This document shows positions 10,411 through 20,000 of a DNA stretch of 20,000 nt, in pieces. The stretch's first letter is position 1; each line of letters starts with the position of its first letter. The notes beneath the pieces were generated by a model, which did no database searches, was not told where the DNA came from, and saw only the letters and a program-made list of their open reading frames with translations. The translations under genes and the position numbers were made by a program. This DNA comes from Chiloscyllium plagiosum (Eukaryota), in the NCBI RefSeq assembly GCF_004010195.1, contig NC_057752.1:13531212-13551211 (forward strand), in the 5' to 3' direction.

Positions 10411-10753
10411 GGTGACACGGTGGCTCAGTGGTTAGCACTGCTGCCTCACAGCACCAGGTACCCGGGTTGGATTCCAGCCTCAGGCTGCTGTCTGTGTGGA
10501 GTTTGCACATTCTCCCCCCCGTGTCTGTGGGGGTTTCATCCGGGTGCTCCAGTTTCCTCCCACAGACCAAAAATGTGCAGGTCAGGGCGAATTGGCCATG
10601 CACAATTTCCCATAGTGTTCAGGGATGTGTAGGTTAGGTACATTAGTCAGGGGTAAATGTAGAGTTATAGGGTCTGGAATAATCTTCGGAGGGTCGGTGT
10701 GGAATTGTTGGGCCGAATGGCCTGTTTCTATGCTGTAGGGATTCTATGATTCT
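10411..10753 (+). mobile_element. Near full-length HE1 SINE
   Basis: Head cacggtggctcagtggttagcactgctgcctcacagcaccagg; tail gggccgaatggcctgtttc...gattctatgattct. Confidence 0.93.
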
Positions 10754-10968
10754 TAGTGCTTGGTTTAAATTGATTGGCTAAAATTGAAAAGGCTTGTAGT
10801 CTTGTAAAAATGCTGTTGGCTGTTTGATACAAAATGTTTCAATTCAGGCTCTCTCTTTAAACTGCCGTTTTAGCACCAAGAAAACACCATCTTGTAAAGG
10901 GACCACGCAATCCTCCCCCCCCCCCACCCCACCATTTTTACCATAATACACACACCAACTTCACCACA

Positions 10969-11040
10969 ATATTACGAAACTAGCTGCACTAGAACACGCA
11001 TTGGGAAGGTTAGCTCGTGGTCCAACTTAAAAACTACAAA
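10969..11040 (-). mobile_element. Ty1/copia RNase H remnant, upstream part
   Basis: Minus strand gives VVF...ANLPNACSSAASFVI, resembling the recalled copia motif LVVFSDASxANLPDGxSSAGGFII. Collinear with 9250-9453. Confidence 0.65.
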
Positions 11041-11150
11041 ACAAAAAAAAACTGTGGATGCTATAAATCAGAAACTGCTGGAAAAACTCAGCAGGGTCTG
11101 GCAGCATCTGTGGAGAGAAAGCAGAGTTAACGTTTTGGTTCCAGTGACCT
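11041..11150 (-). mobile_element. Penelope-type terminal fragment
   Basis: Minus strand aggtcactggaaccaaaacgttaactctgctttctctccacagatgctgccagac... is related to 3643-3769. Weaker copies at ~13845-13920 (+) and ~14452-14532 (-). Confidence 0.6.
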
Positions 11151-11174
11151 AACCAGAGTGCCCAGTCAGTTCAG

Positions 11175-11659
11175 CTAACAAACCATACCTGATGCAAGTA
11201 CATCAGAGCAGAATGCAGAATAGTGTTATAGCTACCGAGAAGGTGCAAAGAAAGATCAACTCTAGTCTAGGAGAGGGTCGTTCAGAAGTCTAATAACAGC
11301 AGGGAAGAAGCTGTCCTTGAATCTGTTTAAGCTTCTGTCTCTTCTGCCTGACAAAAGAGGATGTAAGAGAGTGTAATCGGGGCGGGAGGGGTCTTTGATG
11401 ATGTCCCCGAGGCAGTGGGAAGTGTAGACGGAGTCAGTGGATGGAAGGTTGGGTTGTGTGAGGGACTGGGCTGTGTTCACGACTCTCTGTAGTTTCTTAT
11501 GGTCCTGGGCAGAGCAGTTGCTGTACTAAGCCGTGATGCACTCGGATAGGATGACTTCCACAGCGCATCTGTAAAAACTGGTAAGAGTCCTTGTGGACAT
11601 GCCAAATTTCCTTAGCATCCTGAGGAATTTGAAATGTTGGTGTGCTTTCTTGACTGTAG
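11175..11659 (-). mobile_element. Rex1/Babar-clade LINE ORF C-terminal fragment
   Basis: Minus strand reads TVKKAHQHFKFLRMLRKFGMSTRTLTSFYRCAVE...KKLQRVVNTAQSLTQPNLPS...IIKDPSRP...LLSGRR...FKDSFFPAVIRLLN, the typical Rex1 RT C-terminus. Confidence 0.9.
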
Positions 11660-11710
11660 AAACAATACTTTCCACTATATCTCAGTTCATGCGACAATAA
11701 TAAATTGAAT
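11660..11710 (+). mobile_element. Rex1-type 3' tail in the opposite orientation to the adjacent ORF fragment
   Basis: aaacaatactttccactatatctcagttcatgcgacaataataaattgaatc resembles the recalled shark Rex1 3' terminus. Confidence 0.65.
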
Positions 11711-11960
11711 CTTCCTGTTATAGGCAGGATATTATTAAGATGGAGAGGGTTCAGAAGACATTTACCAGGATATTGAAGGGAATGGAGGGTTTGAGTTAGA
11801 GGGAGAGGGTGGGACTTCTTTCACTGGAGCGTCGGAGGCTGAGGGGTGACCTTATAGAGGTTTCTAAAATCATGAGGCATATAGATAAGGTGAACAGCAG
11901 ATGCCTTTTCTCTAGAGAATGCTCCTCACCCTCTCTGCTGATCTTCTTTCTCTCTCTCTC

Positions 11961-11993
<33 letters not shown>

Positions 11994-12388
11994 CTGAGGA
12001 CTCTTAACTCTGGCAAATGGCAGTTAGCACTCCTCACGGCTGAGGGGTGACCTTATAGAGGTTTCTAAAATCATGAGGCATATAGATAAGGTGAACAGCA
12101 GATGCCTTTTCTCTAGAGTGGGGGATTTCAAGATGAGGGGATATATTTTTAAGGTGAGAGGAGAAAGATTTTAAAAAGACATGAGGGGCATTTTTTGTTT
12201 AAACACAGAGAGTGATTTGTGTGTGGAATGAACTTCCTGAGGAAGTGGTGGATGTGGGGATAGTTACAATGTTTAAAAGGCATTTGGATCAGGACATGAA
12301 TAGGAAAGATTTGGAGCAATATGAGCCAGGAGCAGGCAGGTGGGACTAATTTAGTTTGGGATTATGGTCAGCATGGACTGATTGGACA
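11711..12388 (+). mobile_element. CR1 LINE 3' fragment with an internal 81-bp duplication and a templated insert
   Basis: MERVQKTFTRILKG, LSLERRRLRGDLIEV and WNELPEEVV-like sequence. 11837-11917 is identical to 12038-12118. Confidence 0.9.
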
Positions 12389-12389
12389 G

Positions 12390-12750
12390 CCTAAATTGTC
12401 CCATAGTGCCCAGGGATGTGTACGTTAGGGTGGATTGGCCATGCTAAATTACCCATAGTGTCCAGGGATGTGCAGGTTAGGGTGAATTGACCATGCTAAA
12501 TTACCCCATAGTGTCCAGCGATGTGCAGGTTAGGGTGGATTGACCATGCTAAATTACCCCATAGTGCCCAGGGATGTGCAGGTTAGGGTGGATTGGCCAT
12601 GCTAAATTGTCCCATGGTGCCCAGGGATGTGCAGGTTAGGGTGGGATTGGCCATGGGGAAAATGCAGAATTACACGAGTATGGGTGGGATGAACTGAAGG
12701 GTTAGTATGGGCTGAATAATCTGCTTCGACACTGCGGGGCTTCTATGATG
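12390..12750 (+). mobile_element. HE1-related SINE 3' part with 5 tandem ~53-bp internal units
   Basis: Unit taaattgtcccatagtgcccagggatgtgcaggttagggtggattggccatgc starts at 12392, 12445, 12497, 12550 and 12603, followed by a degenerate tail ending ttctatgat. Confidence 0.85.
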
Positions 12751-12769
12751 AAATACACTTCGTTTGCCA

Positions 12770-12890
12770 ATCTCTTGCCTCTTTTACAAACTGCTCAATA
12801 TCCTCCTGTGCAGCTCTCCTCAGTATTGGTTGTCACCTCCAATTTGGTATCATCCGCAGGTTTGGCAATTGTGTGCTCCATTCCAAAAAG
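12770..12890 (-). mobile_element. Ancient CR1 RT remnant
   Basis: Minus strand TIAKPADDTKLEV resembles the CR1 catalytic SKFADDTKL motif. Confidence 0.5.
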
Positions 12891-13242
12891 CTAGTTGCTA
12901 ACATTATATTGGTATGTACTGAGTATCCCTTAATAGCCCTCTTCCCATCAGTGCCTGATTTCATTTATTGATCTGCCTCTAAAGTGTTTTAATATTTTGC
13001 TTTATATTTCTGAATAATTTAATCCCTTTGTGTTGCCTTCTCTCTGAATCTCGAGTGATGTCTCTGATTCTGCATCCCTCTGTGTTTTTACGCCCTCAAG
13101 ATTTGCCCCTTTCCTAAACCTCAGCTCATTATTTATTCATCCATCAAATCTCAAGTGCTCCATTTCTCACCGTTTCTCATTAAGCATATCTTCCCAAACC
13201 CTGTTCAACCCTGTTTTATATGTTTCCCATTGTTTTTTCCTG

Positions 13243-13345
13243 ATTAGATCACTTACAGTGTGGAAACAGGCCCTTCGGCCCAACAAGTCCACAGCGACCC
13301 TCCGAAGAGCAACCCACCCAGACCCATTCCTCTACATTTACCCCT
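13243..13345 (-). mobile_element. HE1 SINE 3' fragment
   Basis: ttacagtgtggaaacaggcccttcggcccaacaagtccac... closely matches 9780-9870. Confidence 0.88.
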
Positions 13346-13921
13346 GGATCTGAATGTTAACTTTTCTCTTGTTGGGGGGTTTTAACACATTGGGTGAGAA
13401 AGGAGCTCTGTGCTGCTTGTAAGAACTCTATTTACCTCTCCCATTTACCAACCCCTGTTGTCTCATTAACATCAGTGCAACTGATAATTGCCCCAGTGAT
13501 TATTGGACTTTTCTTTCACTCATTCTCCAATTTACTCTGATTTTATTTTCCTGCAACTCCCTTCCACTATTAGCTCAGCTATAGACTTCACTGATTGGCG
13601 CGATTCATCCTTTATTCTCTCTCTCCATATCAGTTCGAGTTTTTATTGCTGCCAGCTGGTTATCCTCCATAAGCACATTTCTAAACGTTTCTTGTATTCC
13701 ACAATACATGATTTATATATTCTGGCAATATGTATTTATTTTAAGAGTTTGGATTTTGACTTAGTGGCATATGGGTTTGGTCTGTGCGTATTGAGGGGTG
13801 CAATGCTCAACTTGTCACTATCTCTGGAGCCGTGGTATTTTCAGCTGACAAAGAAGGATATTAAAACTCTGGTTCACTCTCCACAGATGTTGCCAGACCT
13901 GTTGGGTTTTGCCGGTAATTC

Positions 13922-14224
13922 AGAATCATAGAACCCCTACAGTGCAGAAAGAGGCCATTCGGCCCACAGAGTATGCACCAACTCACTGAAAAGTCCCAAC
14001 CACACCAATCCTGTGACCCAGCATTTCCCATGGGACAATTCAGCATGGCCAATCCACCCTAACCTGCACATCCCTGGGCACTATGGGACAATTTAGCATG
14101 GCCAATCCACCCTAACCTGCTCATCCCTGGACACTATGGGACAATTCAGCATGGCCAATCCACCATAACCTGCACATCCCTGGGCACTATGGGACAATTT
14201 AGCATGGCCAACCCACCCTAACCT
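13922..14224 (-). mobile_element. HE1-related SINE 3' part with ~3.5 tandem 53-bp units
   Basis: Reverse complement of the 12392-12655 unit, repeated over ~14028-14224. Tail agaatcatagaacccctacagtg at 13922. Confidence 0.85.
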
Positions 14225-14549
14225 ATGCCAGCTGCTCAGTTCAAGCAGCAACTGGGCACCCATTTGGCACCCACCTGCCTCCCTGGCACAGGTCCCCCTC
14301 CCCCAACCAAACCTTGGCCTACAAACACATCCAGGATGGTCCAGTTGCCCTGTCTCTCCAGACCACAGCTCTTCCTGCCACCTGTGATGAGAAAGTCGAG
14401 CAGCCCACGAGAAGTGGGCATCGCTAGCGAGGGCACCGTCTATCACCTCACAACAAAATGGCTGGGAAAGCTCAGCAGCTTCCGTGGAGAGAAATCAGAG
14501 TTCACATTTCTAGTCCAGTGATCCTTCCTCACTTTATTGCCTGAGGCTA

Positions 14550-14797
14550 ACTGAATTCAAATTCAGTACAAAACAATCTCTGGAATTGGAAGCGAGCCTT
14601 CTGGCACCCATGTTGTAAAAGCCCACCAACCCCTTTCACTAATGTCCTTTAGGGAAGGAAATCTGCCCTCCTTACCCAGTCTGGCTACACATGACGCCAG
14701 ACCCAGGATGGCTATAGGGTGTGATTGAAGTCCCCAAAATATTAACAAGGGGTTCTAGATTAATAGTTTGGTAACCTTACCACTACAGCACCATCTC
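14550..14797. mobile_element. SacSINE1-like DeuSINE fragments (+ core ~14550-14730; - tRNA-like head ~14745-14797)
   Basis: ttcactaatgtcctttagggaaggaaatctgccctccttaccc...ccagaccca matches the recalled SacSINE1 core. Minus strand gagatggtgctgtagtggtaag resembles its head. Confidence 0.65.
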
Positions 14798-15098
14798 TAC
14801 CATTACTGGCTCTCCCTGCTCCAATGCTCCATGGACTCAAGTGAATCCTCAATTAATGCCCACGACTCACGTACAATTTACAACAATCCTTCTAGATCTC
14901 TCTACCCAAAGGCTGATGCAACCCCAGGGAGGGCATGGAGGTAGCTGTTTGGTGCCCAGCCTAACTGTCCCCACCCCCTCATTCCCACTTTGACAAGCAC
15001 GGTGCTTGGAACCATGAAGATCCGATGGGAAAGCCTCCAATGTTATTTGAACAGGAATCGCTCTCACACTTGCCACCAGCGAATTGCGTCGGCAACTT

Positions 15099-15381
15099 TG
15101 CAAACGCACCTTCCCAGATCATCAAATCCTAGAGCGGGACTCGAAAGGAGGGGCCCAGGGAAACTGCTCACCCGACCAGGAGGGGCCCAGGGAAACTGCT
15201 CACCCGACCAGGAGGGGTCCAGGGAAACTGCAAACGCACCTTCCCAGATCATCAAATCCTAGAGCGGGACTCGAAATGAGGGGTCCAGGACCCCTCACCC
15301 GACCAGGAGGGGTCCAGGGAAACTGCTCACCCGACCAGGAGGGGTCCAGGGAAACTGCACACCCGACCAGGAGGGGTCCAG
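15099..15381. repeat. Compound tandem repeat: 32-bp units nested in a 130-bp higher-order duplication
   Basis: Unit ggagggg(c/t)ccagggaaactgctcacccgacca starts at 15147 and 15179 and recurs. The block caaacgcaccttcccagatcatcaaatcctagagcgggactcgaaa occurs at 15101 and 15231. Confidence 0.95.
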
Positions 15382-15911
15382 TGATGATCGGTCCAATAAA
15401 ATGAGGACTAACTGTAGCTTCAAATAACTAAACTGGAGCCTTCTACCTCTGACTTAAACTCCGCCGAAATGAAAGGTCCACAATCCAGGAGCATGCTTAA
15501 ATTATTTTTTATCCCCCCCCGCCCATAGCTTGGTGATTTGCTCACACCTATTCCTCAACATCAATTAATTCATTTCCGAACGAGACATTTGTGGCTTCTC
15601 AACAGGAGCAAATATTCTGATCAGTCTTTCTGAGGGTCAATCCCTACTTGATCCGGAGAGCTCATGTTTGAATATTCCCTTAATCCCAGAGCACACATTG
15701 GGCGGTGAACAATTTATTGGTACGCTGGTATTTGGAAATGAAAGGCGGTAATTTGTTTACGCAAACAATCTAAGTAACGCACTGCAGCCAGCTCAGCCGC
15801 TATCAACGCCACTTCGTGGTTCACAATTGAAAATGCTATCTCCAGTCGTTTCCCTCCCTCACACTCACACCCACGTACGCCCCCTCCCTCCCTCACACTC
15901 ACACACACACA

Positions 15912-16411
15912 NNNNNNNNNNNNNNNNNNNNNNNNNNNNNNNNNNNNNNNNNNNNNNNNNNNNNNNNNNNNNNNNNNNNNNNNNNNNNNNNNNNNNNNNN
16001 NNNNNNNNNNNNNNNNNNNNNNNNNNNNNNNNNNNNNNNNNNNNNNNNNNNNNNNNNNNNNNNNNNNNNNNNNNNNNNNNNNNNNNNNNNNNNNNNNNNN
16101 NNNNNNNNNNNNNNNNNNNNNNNNNNNNNNNNNNNNNNNNNNNNNNNNNNNNNNNNNNNNNNNNNNNNNNNNNNNNNNNNNNNNNNNNNNNNNNNNNNNN
16201 NNNNNNNNNNNNNNNNNNNNNNNNNNNNNNNNNNNNNNNNNNNNNNNNNNNNNNNNNNNNNNNNNNNNNNNNNNNNNNNNNNNNNNNNNNNNNNNNNNNN
16301 NNNNNNNNNNNNNNNNNNNNNNNNNNNNNNNNNNNNNNNNNNNNNNNNNNNNNNNNNNNNNNNNNNNNNNNNNNNNNNNNNNNNNNNNNNNNNNNNNNNN
16401 NNNNNNNNNNN
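15912..16411. other. Assembly gap (500 N), preceded by a CA-rich simple repeat
   Basis: Run of N; the round length suggests a placeholder gap size. Confidence 0.99.
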
Positions 16412-16454
16412 CCACACTCTCAGACAGTACATTCCAGACCCTAACCCTTCGAAT

Positions 16455-18112
16455 TAACCTGCCTCCTCCTACACTCTTATACATTCTTATTAGTGACAAA
16501 CAGCATGGTTTTGTGCAGGGGAGGTCGTTCCTCACTCACTTGATTAAGTTTTTTGAGGAGGTGACAAAGATGATCGATGAGGGAAGAGCGGTTAATGCTG
16601 TCCACATGGTCTTCAGTAAAGCCTGTGACAAGGCCCCTCGTGACAGACTGGTACAAACGGTGAAGCCACATGGTACCGGGGTGAGCTGGCAAGATGGGTA
16701 CAGAACTGGCATGGTCATCGGAGACACAGGGTAGCTGGGGAAGGATGCTTTTCGGAATGGAGGGCTCTGACCAGTGGTGTTCCGCGGGGATCAGCGCTGG
16801 GACCTCTGCTGATTTGGAGAAACGATGGCTCAGTGGTTAGCACTTCTGCCTCACTGCACTAGGGACCTGGGTTCCATTCCAGTCTTAGGCAACTGTCCGT
16901 GTGGCGTTTCCACATCATCCCTGTGTCTATGTGGGTTTCCTCCGGGTGCTCCGGTTTACTCCCACAATCCAAAGATGTGCAGGTTAGCTGAATTGGTCAT
17001 ACTAAGTTGCCCATAGTGCTCAGGGATGTGTAGGCTAGGTGCATTAGTCAGGGGTAAATGTATGGTAATAGGATAGGGAATGGGTCTGGGTGGGTGACTC
17101 TTCGGAGGGTCGATGTGACTTGTTGGGCTCATGGGCCTGTTTCCACACTGTAGGGATTCTGTTCTATAAAAACGTGGCTGGTTTAATTAGTAAGTTTGTG
17201 GAGGATACAAAGATTGGTGGAGTTGTGGATAGTGAGGAGGATTGTCAGAGGATACAGCAGGATATAGATCAGTTGGAGGCATGGACTGAAAAATGGCAGA
17301 TGGAGTTTAATCCAGACAGGTGTGAGGTGATGGATTTTGGAAGGTCATGTACAAGTGGAAATTATACAGTGAATGGCAGAACTCTCAGGAGTATTGATAT
17401 GCAGATGGGTCTGGGGGTGCAGGTCCACAGCTCACTGAAGGTCACAGCGCTGGGAGATAAGGGAGTAACAAAGGCCTATGGCATGCTCCCCTTCATTGGA
17501 AGGGGCATTGAGTATAAGGATAGACAAGTTCTGCTGCAGCTTTATAGAACTTTAATTAGGCCACACTTGGAATATTGTGTCCAGTTCTGGTCACCACACA
17601 ACCAGAAGGATGTGGATGCTCTGGAGAGGGTACAGAAACGGTTTACCAGGATGTTGCCTGGTAAGGGGGATTTTAGCTAGGAAGAAAGGTTGGATAGACT
17701 GGGTTTGTTTTCACTGGAACACAGGAGGTTGAGGGGCGACCTGATAGACGTTTATAAGGTTGTGAATGGCATGGAGAGATTGAGGAGCATGAGGCATTTC
17801 TCCAGGGTGGAGGGGTCAGTTACCAGGGGACACAGGTTCAAGGTGCGGGAAGGGAATTTAAAAGAGATGTACAAGGCAGGTTTTTCACACAAAGGGTGGT
17901 GAGTGCCTGGAACACCCTGCTACAGGAGGTGGTGGAAACAGACACAATAGCAGCATTCAGGAAGCACCTGGACCAATACATGAATAGGAAGGGAGTAGAG
18001 GGATATGGATCCTGTAAGTGAAGACAGTTTTAGTATGGAAGGGCAACATGTGTCGGCGCAGGCTTGGAGGGCCGAAGGGCCTGCTCCTGTGCTGGATCGT
18101 TCTTTGTTCTAA
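16455..18112 (+). mobile_element. 5'-truncated CR1/HER1-like LINE ORF2 pseudogene, interrupted by HE1
   Basis: QHGFVQGRSFLTHLIKFFEEVTKMIDEGRAV, GVPRGSALGPLL, ISKFVEDTKIGG (degenerate FADD), KWQMEFNPDRC, LIRPHLEYCVQFWSP. Contains stops and frameshifts; tail gggccgaagggcctgctcctg...ttctttgttct. Confidence 0.95.
16822..17167 (+). mobile_element. HE1 SINE nested in CR1
   Basis: Head gatggctcagtggttagcacttctgcctcac...gggttccattcc; tail gggcctgtttccacactgtagggattct. The CR1 frame resumes afterwards. Confidence 0.92.
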
Positions 18113-18455
18113 ATTCCAGATCATAACCTCCCAGCTCTTGTATTCAATGCATTGACTAATAAAGGCAAGTCTCCCATATATCTTCTTAACGACCTTATCT
18201 ACCTGTCCTGCTGCCTTCAATGATCTGTGGATATCAACACCAAACACCCTCTGACCTTCTGTACTCTCTGGGGTCCCCTTCTTCAACGTGTACTCCTTTG
18301 CCTCACTTGTCCTCTGAAAAATGGGTCACCTCACACTTTTCAGGATTACGTTCCCTTGCCACTGGCCAGCCCATCGACAACGTCCTGCATTCTAATGCTT
18401 TTCTCCTCCCTATTTACCACACAACCAATTTCTTTTGTCCAACTTGCAAAAGTTA
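18113..18455 (-). mobile_element. Decayed CR1 fragment
   Basis: Minus strand FGVDIHRSLKAAGQVDKVVKKIYGRLAFISQCIEYKSWEVM. Confidence 0.85.
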
Positions 18456-19084
18456 CTGGCTTCCTCTGTCAAAATACAGCATCACAAAATGCAGTTAGGA
18501 TTCACACGCCTCTTTGAAATCACAAGCTGATGGAATTGCTGACGTGGGCCAACAATTTGTGGCATTCAGACAGGAGGCACCCAAAGAATCCTCTCGCTAA
18601 TCTTAAAACTGACGTATCAGAGCTGGGCCTGCTCGAACAGGCCTCAGTAGGCCAGCCAGCCGCTGAGCTGGTAGGAAATACTGCCATTCGTTTGCTCAAT
18701 GCTTGTGAAAAGTGCCTCATGCGTTAGCCGCTGTTTGAGCGCTGCTTTTTTTTTTGCGTTCATGCATTGCTGTTGCCGCTTTGCCTCTGAGTCCTTTTGC
18801 ACTTGAAGGACTTTCATTTTGATCTCATTTGTTTCAAACTTGCTTTGTAAAGAGTAGGACCTCAGGCAGACACAGTCATAGTTTTAGAAACATCACCGAA
18901 TATTTGGCAAGCTTAACTGAAACTCGATACAGTCTTCCACTGCATACTTTGTGGATGATGTTACTGTGCTGATGTCCGCACACTGCTGCCAGTTTGCACA
19001 CAATACATTGCAAAAGTACTCCACAATCAATCCAGACATGACTGGTTTCAGAGCTGTGCTGGTAATTCTCGCACTTTTACGCTC

Positions 19085-19520
19085 CATTTCCTGTGTCTTT
19101 ACCCACAACAAGCCTTGTTCACCCATCGCTCACTGGTCTACATCAGCACTCCCACCCACTCCACCTCAGGGGTTTTTAAATTCTTATCTTCATTTCCAAA
19201 CCTTATTCGGTCCCGTCTTGGTAACCTCCATTCCCACAATCCTCTAAGATCTCTGCTTGACTCCAGTTCTGGTTTCCTGCATCCCCAATTTATGGCCATT
19301 CCTACAGTTGTCTTAAGCTCCTATCTCTGAAAATCCTCCCTCTGCATCTTTTACCTTATTTAGTTTCCATTCTAAATTTGGAGGTCTCCTGTCCTGATAT
19401 CTGTCTGTGGTTTGGTGTCATATTTTGTCAAATGTCTCCCACCTCCCTCCAACCCCATGTAGCAGCTCGGAATGCCCTGCATTGTTAAAGTGGCTATAGA
19501 AATGCAAATTGCTGCTGTAA
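19085..19520 (+). mobile_element. Old L2-like LINE 3' remnant
   Basis: Degenerate ...ttcacccatcgctcactggtctacat...tttaaattctt body, and terminus ttgttaaagtggctatagaaatgcaaattgctgctgt resembling L2 tails. Confidence 0.55.
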
Positions 19521-19534
19521 TCACAGCTTTTTAA

Positions 19535-19738
19535 AAAAAAACTTGTTCAGGAGATGTGGATGTCATTGCTTGTCCCTGGTTGACCCCCTTGAGAAGGTGG
19601 GGGTGAGCTGCCTTCTTTGAACCACTGCAGTCCATGTGCTGTGGGTAGACCCACAATGCCCTGAGGGAGAGAATTCCAGGATTTTAACCCAGCCACACTG
19701 AAGGAACGGCGATATATTTCCAAGTCAGGCTGGGGAGT
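19535..19738 (-). mobile_element. 3' end of an L2/CR1-group LINE
   Basis: ccttgagaaggtgggggtgagctgccttc...ctgcagtcc...ttccaggatttt...gaaggaacggcgatatatttccaagtcagg matches a recalled common shark LINE 3' end, reverse complemented. Confidence 0.65.
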
Positions 19739-19907
19739 CTTTAAATGCCTTTCTCTTGACTATTCACACAACTGAGCTTAAATTTTCTTAGCTTCAAATA
19801 ACCCCTTCAGGGTTCCACCCAAACTCTTCTGCTCTGGAGCTTCTAACTAAAATCCTTATTCCAAGGTAACATATTTTCTAACTTTTTTATGAATGACCTC
19901 CTTTCTC

Positions 19908-20000
19908 ATTTCTGCCACCTCCAAACGGACCCCATCACCAAGGATATATTTCCCTCCCCTCCCCTATCAGCGTTCCGAAAAGACCACTCCTCCGTGGCTC
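19908..20000 (+). mobile_element. Penelope-like element fragment running off the window
   Basis: Reads CHLQTDPITKDIFPSPPLSAFRKDHS, the Penelope RT/GIY-YIG linker motif. Confidence 0.8.

Larger units (their letters stand above)
9454..10968 (-). mobile_element. Solo LTR (~850 bp net) carrying two HE1 SINE insertions
   Basis: TG(9454)...CA(10968) with near-identical 5-bp flanks ATATC (9449-9453) and ATATT (10969-10973). Removing it rejoins the copia RNase H frame. Minus-strand TATAAAA near 10311-10317 with CCAAT boxes upstream (~10352, ~10773). Confidence 0.7.

Noticed and set aside
10411..10480. tRNA genes at SINE heads (also ~10010-10080 and ~16822-16885)
   Set aside because: tRNA-derived promoter regions run straight into HE1 bodies; no complete cloverleaf is evident.
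11497..11659. ALKBH8 N-terminus/DUF1891-type host gene
   Set aside because: This peptide is the Rex1 RT C-terminal region; it contains a stop and continues into Rex1 sequence.
14865..15109. Minus-strand ORF ending at a phase-2 GTGAGT donor as the upstream B4GALNT exon
   Set aside because: The peptide lacks a transmembrane segment and shows no similarity I can see to the B4GALNT N-terminus.
15714..16535. ORFs spanning the N run
   Set aside because: Artefacts of translating the assembly gap.
17090..17680. Active reverse transcriptase gene
   Set aside because: The catalytic motif is mutated (FVED), the element is 5'-truncated, interrupted by a SINE, and carries stops.
18893..19247. Signal-peptide-like MTGFRAVLVILALL (+, 19038) and the overlapping minus ORF
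   Set aside because: The plus ORF runs into an L2-like remnant; neither has convincing splice sites or recognisable homology.

Overview
Eukaryotic, repeat-saturated, mostly intronic DNA from a cartilaginous fish (shark/ray), judged by HE1 SINEs, HER1/CR1 LINEs, SacSINE1-like DeuSINE pieces and shark-type Penelope and Rex1 remnants. The only host-gene sequence I can support is a 162-nt minus-strand coding exon (4183-4344) of a beta-1,4-N-acetylgalactosaminyltransferase, most like B4GALNT1. The >800-aa ORFs are by-products of a 33-bp GC-rich minisatellite (75.7 copies, 6187-8685). That array appears to be the internal VNTR of a ~3.2-kb non-coding insertion ending in a Rex1-like 3' tail, an SVA-like architecture. 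Other notable structures: a Rex1 fragment with twin-priming-like inversion, a templated insertion flanked by an 81-bp duplication, a Ty1/copia RNase H remnant split by a solo LTR, and hammerhead-ribozyme-like cores in Penelope termini. A 500-N assembly gap lies at 15912-16411. Repeat-family names come from recalled consensus features, not from a database search, and most element boundaries are approximate.
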